Positions 28,638 through 37,694 of a stretch of DNA of 64,000 nt are shown one piece after another. The notes below the pieces were generated by a model. That model made no database searches and was not told the DNA's origin. It saw only the letters and a list, made by a program, of their open reading frames with translations. The number at the start of each line of letters is the position of its first letter. Positions within the stretch are counted from its first letter, which is position 1. This DNA comes from a bacterium (GTDB taxonomy: Bacteria; Myxococcota_A; Bradymonadia; REDH01): the NCBI GenBank assembly GCA_030427825.1, contig JAUICO010000008.1:513-64512 (forward strand). Direction: 5' to 3'. The translations under genes and the position numbers were made by a program.

Positions 28638-28678
28638 CGCGCGGAACCCTATAACCACGCACGCTCGCTGCAACACTT

Positions 28679-30520
28679 ATGATCTACTGCCCCCGCCGAG
28701 GTGTTCTGATGACACGTTCCTGCGCCAATCTTTCTTCGTCGATGACCGCTGCTATCCCTGCCGCGCTGTGTGCTGCTGTCGTTACCATGAGTGCTCAGAG
28801 CGCGTTTGCACAGGAGAGTGCAGGGGTTTCAGTCCGTGCGCAATCCGGCGATTCGGTGACGGTCGACCTGACGAATCCCTTTGACTTCGAGCTGCGCGTC
28901 GTCGGCATTCGCCTTCTCTGCGACAACGACGACGGCTCGGCGACCATCTACGAGAGCGCCGGTGGCGACATCGCGATGCTCGCTCCCGCGCAGGCCGCCG
29001 GGACGGGCTGGAGCGGCGACGTCACCGTTGCAAAGCGAGACGACGACACCCCCTCACACAATGACCTGACCGCCTGCCGCGGCGCAGCAGCTGCAGGCGT
29101 CGACCTCGACGCAACCGCGGAGCTGGTCGACACAGCGATACGCTCGGGCAGCATCGAGTCGCTATCCGCAGCGCTCACACAGGTCCGCAACCGAGCACGC
29201 CCTATCTCGCGCGCCTCGAGGCATCACCCCGAACAGGTCGCCGCATCAGGTATCGAAGAGGCGGACTGGTTCAGTCTTGAGCGAGTCGACGCCCTGCGGG
29301 CGCAGGTCGAAGCCACGATCTGCGAGAACGCATCCCGCCGCTTTCTCGCAGCCCGCGGCCAGTCGCGACGACAGGAACTCTATACCGTGCTCGCGGAGCA
29401 GGTGCGGGAAGCCGACCTGCACATTACCTGCATGAACCCGGCTGCATCTCTTGCCGCCGCTCAGATGCTCATCGCGAGCAATCGCCCGCAGGACGCCGTC
29501 GCCTTCGCCGGCCGCGACGAGGAAGGACAGCTGCTGCCGGAGTGGCGCCCGATTTTCGTTCAGTCACGCATCGCCTTCGCGCAGTCCGCCATCAGCCTGA
29601 ACGCAAACACATTCAACGCTTATCGCCCGGTCCTTGAGGCAATGCGCGATGTGCACCAGGTCGCGCCCGACCATCAAGCGCTGGCCGAGGCCGCAGACAC
29701 GATCTTCCCGCGCGTCCGCGATTGGATCAACACCGCGATCGCGCAGGGAGAGCTCGACGACGCGCAGCGCCTGATCGAGATCATGCGGCCTACATTCTCA
29801 GACCACCCCGCTGTCGCTGAGGCCGCAGGCGCGTACGCAACCGCTCTGCTCAACGAGGGTCTGCGCCACGCTCGTGAAGGCCGCTACCGCCCGGCACGCA
29901 ACCGCTTCGTCCGCGGAAACAACCTGCTTGAGGGCGTGCCGGAGTGGGACAATCACCGCGACGAAATCAACCACGTTCGGGCGCTCGGCGTGCTCGACGA
30001 TGGGCGCGAGATTGCGAGCAACGCAAGCGATGATTCGGCGCCCGCGCGGGGACACGCCAAGCTCGCCGAAGCGCAGGAGATGTTCGACCTCACCGAGGCG
30101 GAGATCGCTCTGTTCAACGCGGACATCGCAGAATCCTGGGTCGCGGTCGCACACTCCGAGCTTGAGGAGCACTCCTTCGTCGGCGCCCGGACCGCCCTGG
30201 AGCGCGCCGAAGGCCTCTCGCCCACGGGCCCATCGGAATCCATCCAGAACGCCTGGCTTGACTACGCCGAAGCACGCCACAGCCGTGGTGGCTTCTTCAT
30301 GTCCGGTGACGACGTCGCGGACGCCCGAGAGGCGATCGAACGCGCAGGCGACGTGGACCCGGACCGGGCATCGAAAATCGGGAGCAGGCTCACGATGGCC
30401 TTCTACGGCTATCGCGTCGGCATCCCGGCGGTCGGTGTCCTGATCCTGCTGCTGATCGGTATCGGTACTATCGCCTCGCGTCGGCGAGCGAGAAAGTACA
30501 GCATGCTCGCCAACGATTGA
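28679..30520 (+). CDS. hypothetical exported protein with C-terminal transmembrane anchor
   Basis: 613-aa ORF with signal-like AAIPAALCAAVVTMSAQSAFAQ, a helical (TPR-like?) body, and C-terminal IPAVGVLILLLIGIGTIASRRRARK. No family recognised. Confidence 0.6.
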   Translation: MIYCPRRGVLMTRSCANLSSSMTAAIPAALCAAVVTMSAQSAFAQESAGVSVRAQSGDSVTVDLTNPFDFELRVVGIRLLCDNDDGSATIYESAGGDIAMLAPAQAAGTGWSGDVTVAKRDDDTPSHNDLTACRGAAAAGVDLDATAELVDTAIRSGSIESLSAALTQVRNRARPISRASRHHPEQVAASGIEEADWFSLERVDALRAQVEATICENASRRFLAARGQSRRQELYTVLAEQVREADLHITCMNPAASLAAAQMLIASNRPQDAVAFAGRDEEGQLLPEWRPIFVQSRIAFAQSAISLNANTFNAYRPVLEAMRDVHQVAPDHQALAEAADTIFPRVRDWINTAIAQGELDDAQRLIEIMRPTFSDHPAVAEAAGAYATALLNEGLRHAREGRYRPARNRFVRGNNLLEGVPEWDNHRDEINHVRALGVLDDGREIASNASDDSAPARGHAKLAEAQEMFDLTEAEIALFNADIAESWVAVAHSELEEHSFVGARTALERAEGLSPTGPSESIQNAWLDYAEARHSRGGFFMSGDDVADAREAIERAGDVDPDRASKIGSRLTMAFYGYRVGIPAVGVLILLLIGIGTIASRRRARKYSMLAND

Positions 30521-30562
30521 GTCCGGGTTTGAGTCCGGGTTGAGTCCGGGTTGAGTCCGGGT
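30518..30562 (+). repeat. 11/12-nt tandem repeat (4 copies) starting at the stop codon
   Basis: TGAGTCCGGGTT TGAGTCCGGGT TGAGTCCGGGT TGAGTCCGGGT. The first TGA is the stop codon of CDS 28679..30520. Confidence 0.9.
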
Positions 30563-30610
30563 ACGGGGCCGCAGTGGGCGACCGCGCAAGTCGGCGTCAA
30601 AAATGAAAAA

Positions 30611-30643
30611 CCCGACGCGGGCAGATGCCGGCATCGGGTCGGG
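30611..30643 (-). terminator. candidate rho-independent terminator of the DUF4397-like gene
   Basis: CCCGAC...GTCGGG outer stem with an inner GATG-CCGG-CATC stem. On the minus strand it is followed by TTTTTCATTT. Confidence 0.5.
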
Positions 30644-30665
30644 GTCATCACCCACGAACCTGCTG

Positions 30666-31373
30666 TTATCGAACAGCGTCCGTGATGTTGATGAAGCGGC
30701 ATCCGTCGCCGTCGGGCACGACAACCGTCGTGATCTGACGACCGGAGTTAAAGGGCACCGGGCCGCTGTAGATCTGTTCGCCGCCGACGATGACCTGCAC
30801 GCGGTTGGCGCTGGTCGGCACCTGAGTGAACTGCGTCGACTGACCGAAGTTCAGGTTGCTCGCGACGCTCGGGCCGTCTTCAACGCGGAAGCTGGCGCCG
30901 TTTGCACCGGGGACAGCGTGAATCACGCGGAAGCTGCTGGTACCTGAAGCAGGAGCCACACGGGGGCCGCCTGCAATCTCGACTTCAACAGCGCCTTCAG
31001 AGCCGATGAGCGCGACCGTGTAGTTGCGGCCGCCGGCAAAATCCGTCGGGAAGCTTGCCATTGCGGTGCCGGAGCCCGCAGCGTGGATGGCGACCGTATG
31101 GTTGCCGGCCGGAATCTGGAGCGCGGTCGAGTTGAACGCGCCCTGTGCGAGATTCTGTACCTGACGCTGTCCGTCGACGTGGATGTCGACGTTTCCGCCG
31201 GCCGCCGCGTGAACGAAGCGGACGTAGGCGGGGCCTTCGTCGACGGTAGAGCCAACGGCTTCTTCCGAGGTGCTGCTGCCGCCGTCACCGGCGTTCTGCT
31301 TGCCGCCACAGGCGGAAGCGAGGACGAGCGAGCCCGCGAGGGCAAGAAGAAGGATTAGGTTTCGGTTCTGCAT
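30666..31373 (-). CDS. DUF4397-like lipoprotein
   Basis: MQNRNLILLLALAGSLVLASACGG lipobox. Repeated VRFVHAAAGGNVDIHVDG and FRVIHAVPGANGASFRVEDG modules, typical of DUF4397 as I recall it. Confidence 0.7.
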   Translation of the reverse strand: MQNRNLILLLALAGSLVLASACGGKQNAGDGGSSTSEEAVGSTVDEGPAYVRFVHAAAGGNVDIHVDGQRQVQNLAQGAFNSTALQIPAGNHTVAIHAAGSGTAMASFPTDFAGGRNYTVALIGSEGAVEVEIAGGPRVAPASGTSSFRVIHAVPGANGASFRVEDGPSVASNLNFGQSTQFTQVPTSANRVQVIVGGEQIYSGPVPFNSGRQITTVVVPDGDGCRFINITDAVR

Positions 31374-31550
31374 CGTGTGTTCCTCTCTGGAAACGATAGG
31401 GTTTGATGTCGACGACCAACCGACGACACCGGTTCATCCGCGTTCGTGTAGGGTGCGGGCGGGGTACAATGAAGCCCTGAGGAACGCAAGATCAGGATTT
31501 CTGTAACGACCCTGTTCCAAGGCGCCACAGCGGCGCGCGGACGACCGCGA

Positions 31551-32468
31551 TTACTCGGGTACCGCGACCTCGAAGTCGTCAAAATCACGAGCGATTGTCG
31601 TGTTCTTGAACACCGCCCGAGCTTCCCTGACCAGGGGACGTGTGTCGTTGTGCTTGGTCGAGATGTGGGTGATGATCAGCTGCTTGACCCCGGCGCGTTT
31701 CGCCACTTCTGCGGCTTCGCGGACTGTAGAGTGACCCCGCTCAACCGCCTGACCATGAAACTCATGCGAGTAGGTGCCCTCGTGGATCAGCAGGTCGGCG
31801 CCGGACACAAACTCGACGACTTCACGGGTTGGGCGGGTGTCCGAGATATAGGCCACCCGTCGACCTCTGCGAGTGGGTCCGAGGACCTCCTGTGGCGAAA
31901 CAACACGCCCGTCGACCTCGATGGACTCGCCGCGCTGCAGTCGCCCGAAGAGCGGTCCCGCAGGGACTCCGATTTCCTTTGCGCGAGCCAGATCGAAGCG
32001 GCCCGGAAGGTCGCGTTCGACAAAAAGGAAGCCGCGGGCCGGAATGCGATGGTCCAACTCCACCGTGCGGACCTCAAAGCCGTCCCCTTCAAACACCACC
32101 GGCTCGGTATTCTCGACGTGGATCACGGGAAACGAGGGGTGTAGGATGGAGAGATCGCGCAGAACGCCGAAATAGCGCTTCATGCCCCGTGGCGCTGCGA
32201 GCAGCAGCGGTTCCCGATGACCGTTCAAGCCCATCGTGCCGAGGAAGCCGGGCAACCCGTTGATGTGGTCGCCGTGAAAATGAGTGATGAAGATTCCGCG
32301 CAGGCGGCTGGTGCGAAGCCCCGCCTGCATCGCCTGGGTCTGGCTGCCTTCGCCGCAGTCGAAAAGTAGGGAGTCCCCGCCGTAGCTGAGCGCGATGCAC
32401 GCTACGTTTCTGCGCGGTGTCGGCCGGGCGCTGCCGGTGCCGAGGAATTGTACTTTGAGTTCATGCAT
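31551..32468 (-). CDS. rnz: ribonuclease Z
   Basis: LGTGSARPTPRRNVACIAL, FDCGEGSQ, ITHFHGDHINGLPG; 305 aa. Confidence 0.9.
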   Translation of the reverse strand: MHELKVQFLGTGSARPTPRRNVACIALSYGGDSLLFDCGEGSQTQAMQAGLRTSRLRGIFITHFHGDHINGLPGFLGTMGLNGHREPLLLAAPRGMKRYFGVLRDLSILHPSFPVIHVENTEPVVFEGDGFEVRTVELDHRIPARGFLFVERDLPGRFDLARAKEIGVPAGPLFGRLQRGESIEVDGRVVSPQEVLGPTRRGRRVAYISDTRPTREVVEFVSGADLLIHEGTYSHEFHGQAVERGHSTVREAAEVAKRAGVKQLIITHISTKHNDTRPLVREARAVFKNTTIARDFDDFEVAVPE

Positions 32469-32582
32469 AGTGTTGATCCCAGGCGCGGCGGCGTAGCGGC
32501 CGGAGATAAAGTCGGCAAGAGAGCGATTGACAAACCTGTGACCGTTGCCAGATTGGACGCCGAAACCCAGTAGGAGATCATC

Positions 32583-32909
32583 ATGGCCCTCTCACTCACA
32601 GAGTCCGCAGCCGCGCGCATTCGGGCAATCATCTCGGACCAGAAGCTCGGTGACACCTACGGAGTGCGTCTCGGTGTGCAGTCGGGTGGCTGTTCCGGCT
32701 ATTCGTACCTGCTCGAGATCGACGAGCCGTCAGACAGCGATCGCCGCTACACCAGCAATGGCGTCGAAGTCTTTTGCGACCCCAAGAGCTACCTTTTCAT
32801 CAACGGCGTCGAGGTCGACTACATCGACGATATCCTCAACGGCGGCTTTCGCTTCGAGAACCCGAACGTCTCACGTTCCTGCGGCTGCGGCACCAGCTTC
32901 GCAGTCTGA
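32583..32909 (+). CDS. HesB/IscA/ErpA family iron-sulfur cluster insertion protein
   Basis: 108 aa with GCSGYSY and a C-terminal SCGCGTSF. AGGAGA RBS upstream. Confidence 0.9.
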   Translation: MALSLTESAAARIRAIISDQKLGDTYGVRLGVQSGGCSGYSYLLEIDEPSDSDRRYTSNGVEVFCDPKSYLFINGVEVDYIDDILNGGFRFENPNVSRSCGCGTSFAV

Positions 32910-32931
32910 GTCAGGCCGGCCTGAGTCTCAG
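32906..32931. terminator. hairpin shared by convergent IscA-family and purN genes, spanning both stop codons
   Basis: CTGAG-TCAGG-[CCGG]-CCTGA-(GT)-CTCAG. The TGA at 32907..32909 and the minus-strand TGA at 32928..32930 both lie inside the stem. Confidence 0.4.
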
Positions 32932-33569
32932 CCCGAAGGCGTGCCCGCGAGCGCCGTGACGCCGGGCTGATCGTCTCCCAACGAATCGAGGTGAATCTCA
33001 CCGGCGCAGATTCGCTGCACCGCCTCCGGGTAGAGCTCGTGCTCGACCGCCTGGATACGGCGATGCAACGTGTCCCTTGTGTCGCCGGCTTCGATGGGAA
33101 CCGGGCGCTGAATGATCACCGGGCCGGCGTCGACGTCTTCGACAACGACGTGAATCGTGCAGCCGGTCTCTTTGGCACCGTCCGCCAGCGCATCCTCAAC
33201 CGCCGTACCTCCCCGATACAGGGGAAGCAGGCTCGGGTGCACGTTGATCACTCGGTTTTCGAATCGGCGAACGAAATCAGCGCCCAGTATTCGCATGAAG
33301 CCGGCCAGAACGATGAGTTCTGCACCCCAGGCCTCAAGTTGATCGGCCACCGCGTCGTCAAAATCGCGACGTACTGCAAAGGCGCTTGCATCGATCACTG
33401 CCGTCGGCACGCCGTGTGCCTCTGCTTTGTGGAGTCCTTCTACGCCGGGCTTCGACGATATGACGCCGACGAAGTCGGCGTTGATCCCATCGCGGGCGCG
33501 AAGAATCGCGTCCATGTTGGAGCCGGTCCCTGAAATGAGGATCGCGACGCGAGCAGGCTTCGCACGCAC
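32928..33569 (-). CDS. purN: phosphoribosylglycinamide formyltransferase
   Basis: VAILISGTGSNM, INVHPSLLPLYRG, and a 213-aa length typical of PurN. Confidence 0.9.
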   Translation of the reverse strand: MRAKPARVAILISGTGSNMDAILRARDGINADFVGVISSKPGVEGLHKAEAHGVPTAVIDASAFAVRRDFDDAVADQLEAWGAELIVLAGFMRILGADFVRRFENRVINVHPSLLPLYRGGTAVEDALADGAKETGCTIHVVVEDVDAGPVIIQRPVPIEAGDTRDTLHRRIQAVEHELYPEAVQRICAGEIHLDSLGDDQPGVTALAGTPSG

Positions 33570-33571
33570 CT

Positions 33572-34117
33572 TCAGTAGTCCTCGGTGTCGATCTCCATGC
33601 CGACCACCTCTTCGACGTTCGCGCCGCCGAAAATTGCGTCGTCCACTTCAGCGTCCGTAAGGTCTGCGGCCATCAGGTTCGCGTTTGTGAAATCGGCGCC
33701 GCTCATGGTGGCGCCGTTCAGCAGGGCTTCCGTCAGCTCTGCCGCGATGAAATTGCACTCGCTGAGGTCGGCGTCGATCAGACTCGCCTGGTTGAATGTC
33801 GCGGTCCCGAAATTGCCGCCGGTGAGAGCGGCGCCCTCGAGGGTGGCATTCGTGAAGTCCGCGGTCTGCGCGTTTACGTGCGAGAGGTCGGCGTCGTTCA
33901 GGTTTGCGTCCTGAAAAACCGACTCCGAGATGTCGCAGCCCTGGAAGCTGGCGCCGTTCAGTTCGCATTCACTGAAGTCGCACCGCGACAGGTCAGCTCC
34001 GGCGAAGTTCGCGCCCTTGAAGTCGTGGCCCGCAAAGTTCGAGCCGGCCGCCTCGAAGTTCTCCAGGCCTTCACCCCTGGCAAGCGCTTCTCGCAATTCA
34101 TCTGCTGTTACCGCCAT
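33572..34117 (-). CDS. pentapeptide repeat protein
   Basis: ATG at 34117 (MAVTADELREAL...). Continuous A(D/N)LxX pentapeptides (ANFAGADLSRCDFSECELNGASFQGCDISESVFQDANLNDADLSHVNAQTADF...). The stop lies 2 nt before the purN start. Confidence 0.8.
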   Translation of the reverse strand: MAVTADELREALARGEGLENFEAAGSNFAGHDFKGANFAGADLSRCDFSECELNGASFQGCDISESVFQDANLNDADLSHVNAQTADFTNATLEGAALTGGNFGTATFNQASLIDADLSECNFIAAELTEALLNGATMSGADFTNANLMAADLTDAEVDDAIFGGANVEEVVGMEIDTEDY

Positions 34118-34268
34118 ATCGCGATACTCACCTTCGTGACGCCTGTAAGAACTCGGCGCATTTCGACACTGAAATCGGGCGGCCGGACGATCACGCGCGG
34201 GGCCCTGCCCGGATCGCCTGATGGCGCCCGACCGGCGCCTCGCTACCCCTGGCACTTTTAGAAAGCAA

Positions 34269-34290
34269 GCGCGGAAATCGCGCCGATTTC
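34269..34290 (-). terminator. candidate terminator hairpin downstream of the HD-domain gene
   Basis: Alternative stems GCGCG-GAAAT-CGCGC and GAAATC-GCGCC-GATTTC. On the minus strand they are followed by TTGCTTTCT. Confidence 0.35.
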
Positions 34291-34324
34291 AGAAAGTGGC
34301 CTCAAGTCTGTCGACAGCGCTTTC

Positions 34325-35581
34325 TCAAGGTCTAAAGCTGCGGATCGATCGCTCGACTTTGGATGCCACCGAAGGGTGCACGTACCAGCGTCGCAGGCGC
34401 CCGGCCTCGTCAGCGAGCGTGCGAACCACTGGGGAATGATCTTCGATGAACGTCAGCGTTCCGTCACGACCGCGGATCCGCAGCGCGCGGCGCTCGCCGG
34501 CTTTTGCGGGTCGATAGGGGTGGTAGGCAGCGTGGGCGAAGCTGTCGACGAAGAACAGATACTGCTCCTTGGGCGCCAACTCAGTGCGAACTCTCTGCTC
34601 CACCTCGACAGCAGTGTCCTCGCTGAGCTCACCGAGGCGCAGGGTGCGGAAGAGGCGCCGCTCAAGCAGACCGGTGGCGAGCGTCGACAGGACGGCGTCT
34701 TCGTTCCGGCGCCAGCGGTCGATCACCGTCCATGCGTCGTAGTCTGTGGGCATTTCCGGACCGACCTCGTTACCTTCCATCAGGCCGCGCAATGGGCCGG
34801 CGGCGACCTCACTTCTACCGGCTGCAACGAGCTCGCCGGCCCGGCGGAAGAGGAGTTCGAGCATGGACTCAGCGGCCCGCACACTGCGGTGAAAGTACAC
34901 GAGTCGATACATGTGATAGCGCGCGAGAAGGTAGCCCTCGACGGCCTCCCATGCGCCGATATCCACCCACAACCCGCGCTCGTCGGCGCCGAGCCGGCTG
35001 ATGATTCGCTCGAGATCGAAGCCGCCCACGCGGACTCCCGTCATCAGCGCGTCTCGCCGCAGGTAGTCGAAGCGATCGGCGTCAAGTTGACTCGAGATGA
35101 TGTCGGCACCGGGCCCGGCCTCCGTGCCGCTGATCAGGCGGGCGACCCGACCGGGAAGCGCGGCATCATGCGCGCTGAGAACACGGTGCACCTCGGTGTC
35201 TTCGCTGAGCACAATGCGGACTGACGCGTCTTCGTGTGAGAAGTGAAAGGCTCGCTCGGTGGCGTGGCTGAAAGGTGCGTGGCCGACGTCGTGAAGCAAC
35301 GCCGCGCACACGACGGCGAGGCGCTCGTCCGGGTCGACGCCGCTGCTGATCGCGTCGCACATCCGCGCTGCGAGCCACGCCACGCCCATAGAGTGCGAAA
35401 AGCGGCTGTGCTCAGCGCCGTGAAACACGAGGTTTGCCATGCCGAGCTGTCGGATGAATCGAAGTCGCTGAAACTCCGGGCAGTCGATAATCGCGCCGAT
35501 CAACACGCCTTCAGGACGGACTTTCCAGTCGATGGTGTCGTGTACGGGATCCCGATACGTGCGCGCGCGCGATGCCTTCAT
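34325..35581 (-). CDS. HD-domain phosphohydrolase (dNTP triphosphohydrolase / SAMHD1-like family)
   Basis: ATG at 35581 (MKASRARTYRDPVHDTIDW...). FQRLRFIRQLG, HSRFSHSMGV, and AALLHDVGHAPFSH motifs. Confidence 0.8.
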   Translation of the reverse strand: MKASRARTYRDPVHDTIDWKVRPEGVLIGAIIDCPEFQRLRFIRQLGMANLVFHGAEHSRFSHSMGVAWLAARMCDAISSGVDPDERLAVVCAALLHDVGHAPFSHATERAFHFSHEDASVRIVLSEDTEVHRVLSAHDAALPGRVARLISGTEAGPGADIISSQLDADRFDYLRRDALMTGVRVGGFDLERIISRLGADERGLWVDIGAWEAVEGYLLARYHMYRLVYFHRSVRAAESMLELLFRRAGELVAAGRSEVAAGPLRGLMEGNEVGPEMPTDYDAWTVIDRWRRNEDAVLSTLATGLLERRLFRTLRLGELSEDTAVEVEQRVRTELAPKEQYLFFVDSFAHAAYHPYRPAKAGERRALRIRGRDGTLTFIEDHSPVVRTLADEAGRLRRWYVHPSVASKVERSIRSFRP

Positions 35582-35690
35582 GCATGCTCCGGGCTGAGTG
35601 GGTTGTGCGGACCGGGCTACGCGCATCCGGTCGACACCGTGGATGTCGTTGTCCGCGTCCCGCGGTTGCTGCCGAAGTCGGCACAAGCCG

Positions 35691-36053
35691 ATGGCCGAAC
35701 GCGCTGTGGCAGCCTATTCTGTCAGCAACCATGCGCAAGTTCTCAAAACTGCCGGCGACGACGGCGACACACACGTGAAAGTCTGGGACATCCGGGACTT
35801 CGAAGAAGATGACGGCATTCGCGACGTGTTCCGGTGGAACAAGCTGTTCAGCCCACGCGTCGTCATGTTGGTGGTAGGGGCCGCGATTCTGGCCATCGTC
35901 GCCGTGTCCTCCGGTCAGCGCAACCCGACGAAGGTTGCGGCACGACGGGTTGCCGGTGTGGTGGCGACGCAGGCGGCTGAGCTCGCAGGGAGCCTGCAGC
36001 ATTCCGGCGACGGCGTTGAGAGCAGTACGGAAGAGCCCGACACAGAAAAGTGA
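35691..36053 (+). CDS. hypothetical small membrane protein (weak call)
   Basis: ATG at 35691 (MAERAVAAY...), one TM segment (VVMLVVGAAILAIVAV), and coding-like third-position GC. No homology recognised. Confidence 0.35.
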   Translation: MAERAVAAYSVSNHAQVLKTAGDDGDTHVKVWDIRDFEEDDGIRDVFRWNKLFSPRVVMLVVGAAILAIVAVSSGQRNPTKVAARRVAGVVATQAAELAGSLQHSGDGVESSTEEPDTEK

Positions 36054-36217
36054 GTAAACACTCACCTGGCCCTTGCGTGCCCCGCCAGGTCCCCGCTACA
36101 TCAGGACTCGACTGCACGTGGGACCGACCAATCGGCGGAGATCTCCCGCCCGCGCGGTTGATCACGAATGCGCGCCAATGCCGGCGGTGACGCATGAGCC
36201 GACGCATAGGGACCGCC

Positions 36218-37573
36218 ATGAAGCTTCGAATCCAGAACCTGCCACTTCTCTTTGCTTCTGCCCTGCTCGTCGTGGCCGCGGGCTGCTCAGAGGATCCCTC
36301 CGGGGCCGGTAACGACGATGACGCATCGAGCTTCGACGGCGATCCCGGCGATTCGTCGGACGACGTTGAAGAGGACCTGCGCGACGACGACGGGGATACT
36401 GTTGGTGATGCGCCGCAGGACACCGGCGACGACGCGCCGGACGATACTGCGGAGGACATCGACGTGGAGTCCGACGCAGGCGGCGTCCCGGACGGCACAG
36501 ACGCGACAGACCCGGGCGACGCTTCGGATTCCGGCGACACCGAAGACGATGCGGCACCGGACGCGTCAGACACCGCCGATTCCACAGACACTGTCGATTC
36601 CGCAGACAGCGCGGATTCCACCGAAGCATCGCCGGATGTCGAGCCCGACGTACCGGGCCCTCAGGTGGATCCCTATGCCGTCGGCGATCACACCGTCACC
36701 GTATACACCTACGCCATCGACGTCGGTGCGCCGGGAGGCGGCTTCGGCGGCGGCGGCGGCGAGATCGACGTGGACATCTACCTGCCTCAGGGCGCGCAGG
36801 AAGCGCCCGTGCTCGTGTTCGCACCCGGCTTTCAGATCAACGCTGACAGCTTCGCGTGGGTCGGAGAACACCTTGGCAGCCACGGCTACGCAGTACTGAT
36901 TCCGACCTTCGGCGACAGCGCATTCTCGGCGTTCGATCACTCCGACCTCGCAGACTACATCATCAAGATCATTGACTGGGTCGTCAGCGAAAACACTCTT
37001 GTCGGGCTCTTTGGCGGACACGCAGACCTGACGCGGATCGCGGCCGGCGGCCACAGCCGCGGAGGCAAGGCCACGATCCTCGCTGCCACGAGGGACTCCC
37101 GAATTCGCGCCTCGTTCAACCTCGACCCGGTCGACGTGCCGCCACCTAACGGCATCCCAATCGGGCCGCCGCCCACACCCACGCCCGAAAACCCCAGCGT
37201 CACACCCGAGCTCATGGGCAGCTTCACGATTCCGGGCGCCTTTGTCGGCTCCACGCTGGGCGGCGACGGCGCACTCGGCGCAGCCTGCGCACCGGTCGAT
37301 GACAACTACCAGCAATACTACGATCATGCCGCGGGCGCGCGCGTGGTGTACCTGCCGCCGGACAGCGGTCACAACGACTTCGCGGATCCGGTACCGATTC
37401 TCGTTAGCTTTGCATGCGCGGCCGGTGGCGACGCTTCGGGGCTGCGTTCCTGGGCCGGCGCCACAATGCTGTCCTTCTATAAGCTGCTCCTTGAAGGAGA
37501 CACCCGCTACCGCCCGTGGGTAGACGGCGCCGCAGTTCCCGGCGGAACAACCGTCACCTCAGACCGGTTCTGA
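36218..37573 (+). CDS. lipoprotein alpha/beta hydrolase (chlorophyllase / dienelactone-hydrolase-like) with long poly-acidic linker
   Basis: ATG at 36218 gives MKLRIQNLPLLFASALLVVAAGC. A D-rich linker of about 120 aa. PVLVFAPGF, and GGHSRGG (GxSxG). Confidence 0.75.
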   Translation: MKLRIQNLPLLFASALLVVAAGCSEDPSGAGNDDDASSFDGDPGDSSDDVEEDLRDDDGDTVGDAPQDTGDDAPDDTAEDIDVESDAGGVPDGTDATDPGDASDSGDTEDDAAPDASDTADSTDTVDSADSADSTEASPDVEPDVPGPQVDPYAVGDHTVTVYTYAIDVGAPGGGFGGGGGEIDVDIYLPQGAQEAPVLVFAPGFQINADSFAWVGEHLGSHGYAVLIPTFGDSAFSAFDHSDLADYIIKIIDWVVSENTLVGLFGGHADLTRIAAGGHSRGGKATILAATRDSRIRASFNLDPVDVPPPNGIPIGPPPTPTPENPSVTPELMGSFTIPGAFVGSTLGGDGALGAACAPVDDNYQQYYDHAAGARVVYLPPDSGHNDFADPVPILVSFACAAGGDASGLRSWAGATMLSFYKLLLEGDTRYRPWVDGAAVPGGTTVTSDRF

Positions 37574-37694
37574 ATCCGCCGGACCTGCGTTACGTCGGAT
37601 TCGCAGGGCTCATTGCCAGACCGGCCGGAATTGACCATGCTGCCGATTCGCTTTTGTAAGCCACGGGACCGTCGTGCAGACGTCATCAAAAAAC

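Noticed and set aside
26540-30562. Tandem repeats at 26540..26760, 27399..27470 and 30518..30562, considered as possible CRISPR arrays.
   Set aside because: The units are contiguous with no unique spacers, are much shorter than CRISPR repeats or lie in-frame within CDSs, and no cas genes are present.
35863-36621. 252-aa Ser-rich minus-strand ORF.
   Set aside because: It is the antisense reading of the Asp-rich linker (GAC/GAT read as GTC/ATC) of the lipoprotein hydrolase gene.
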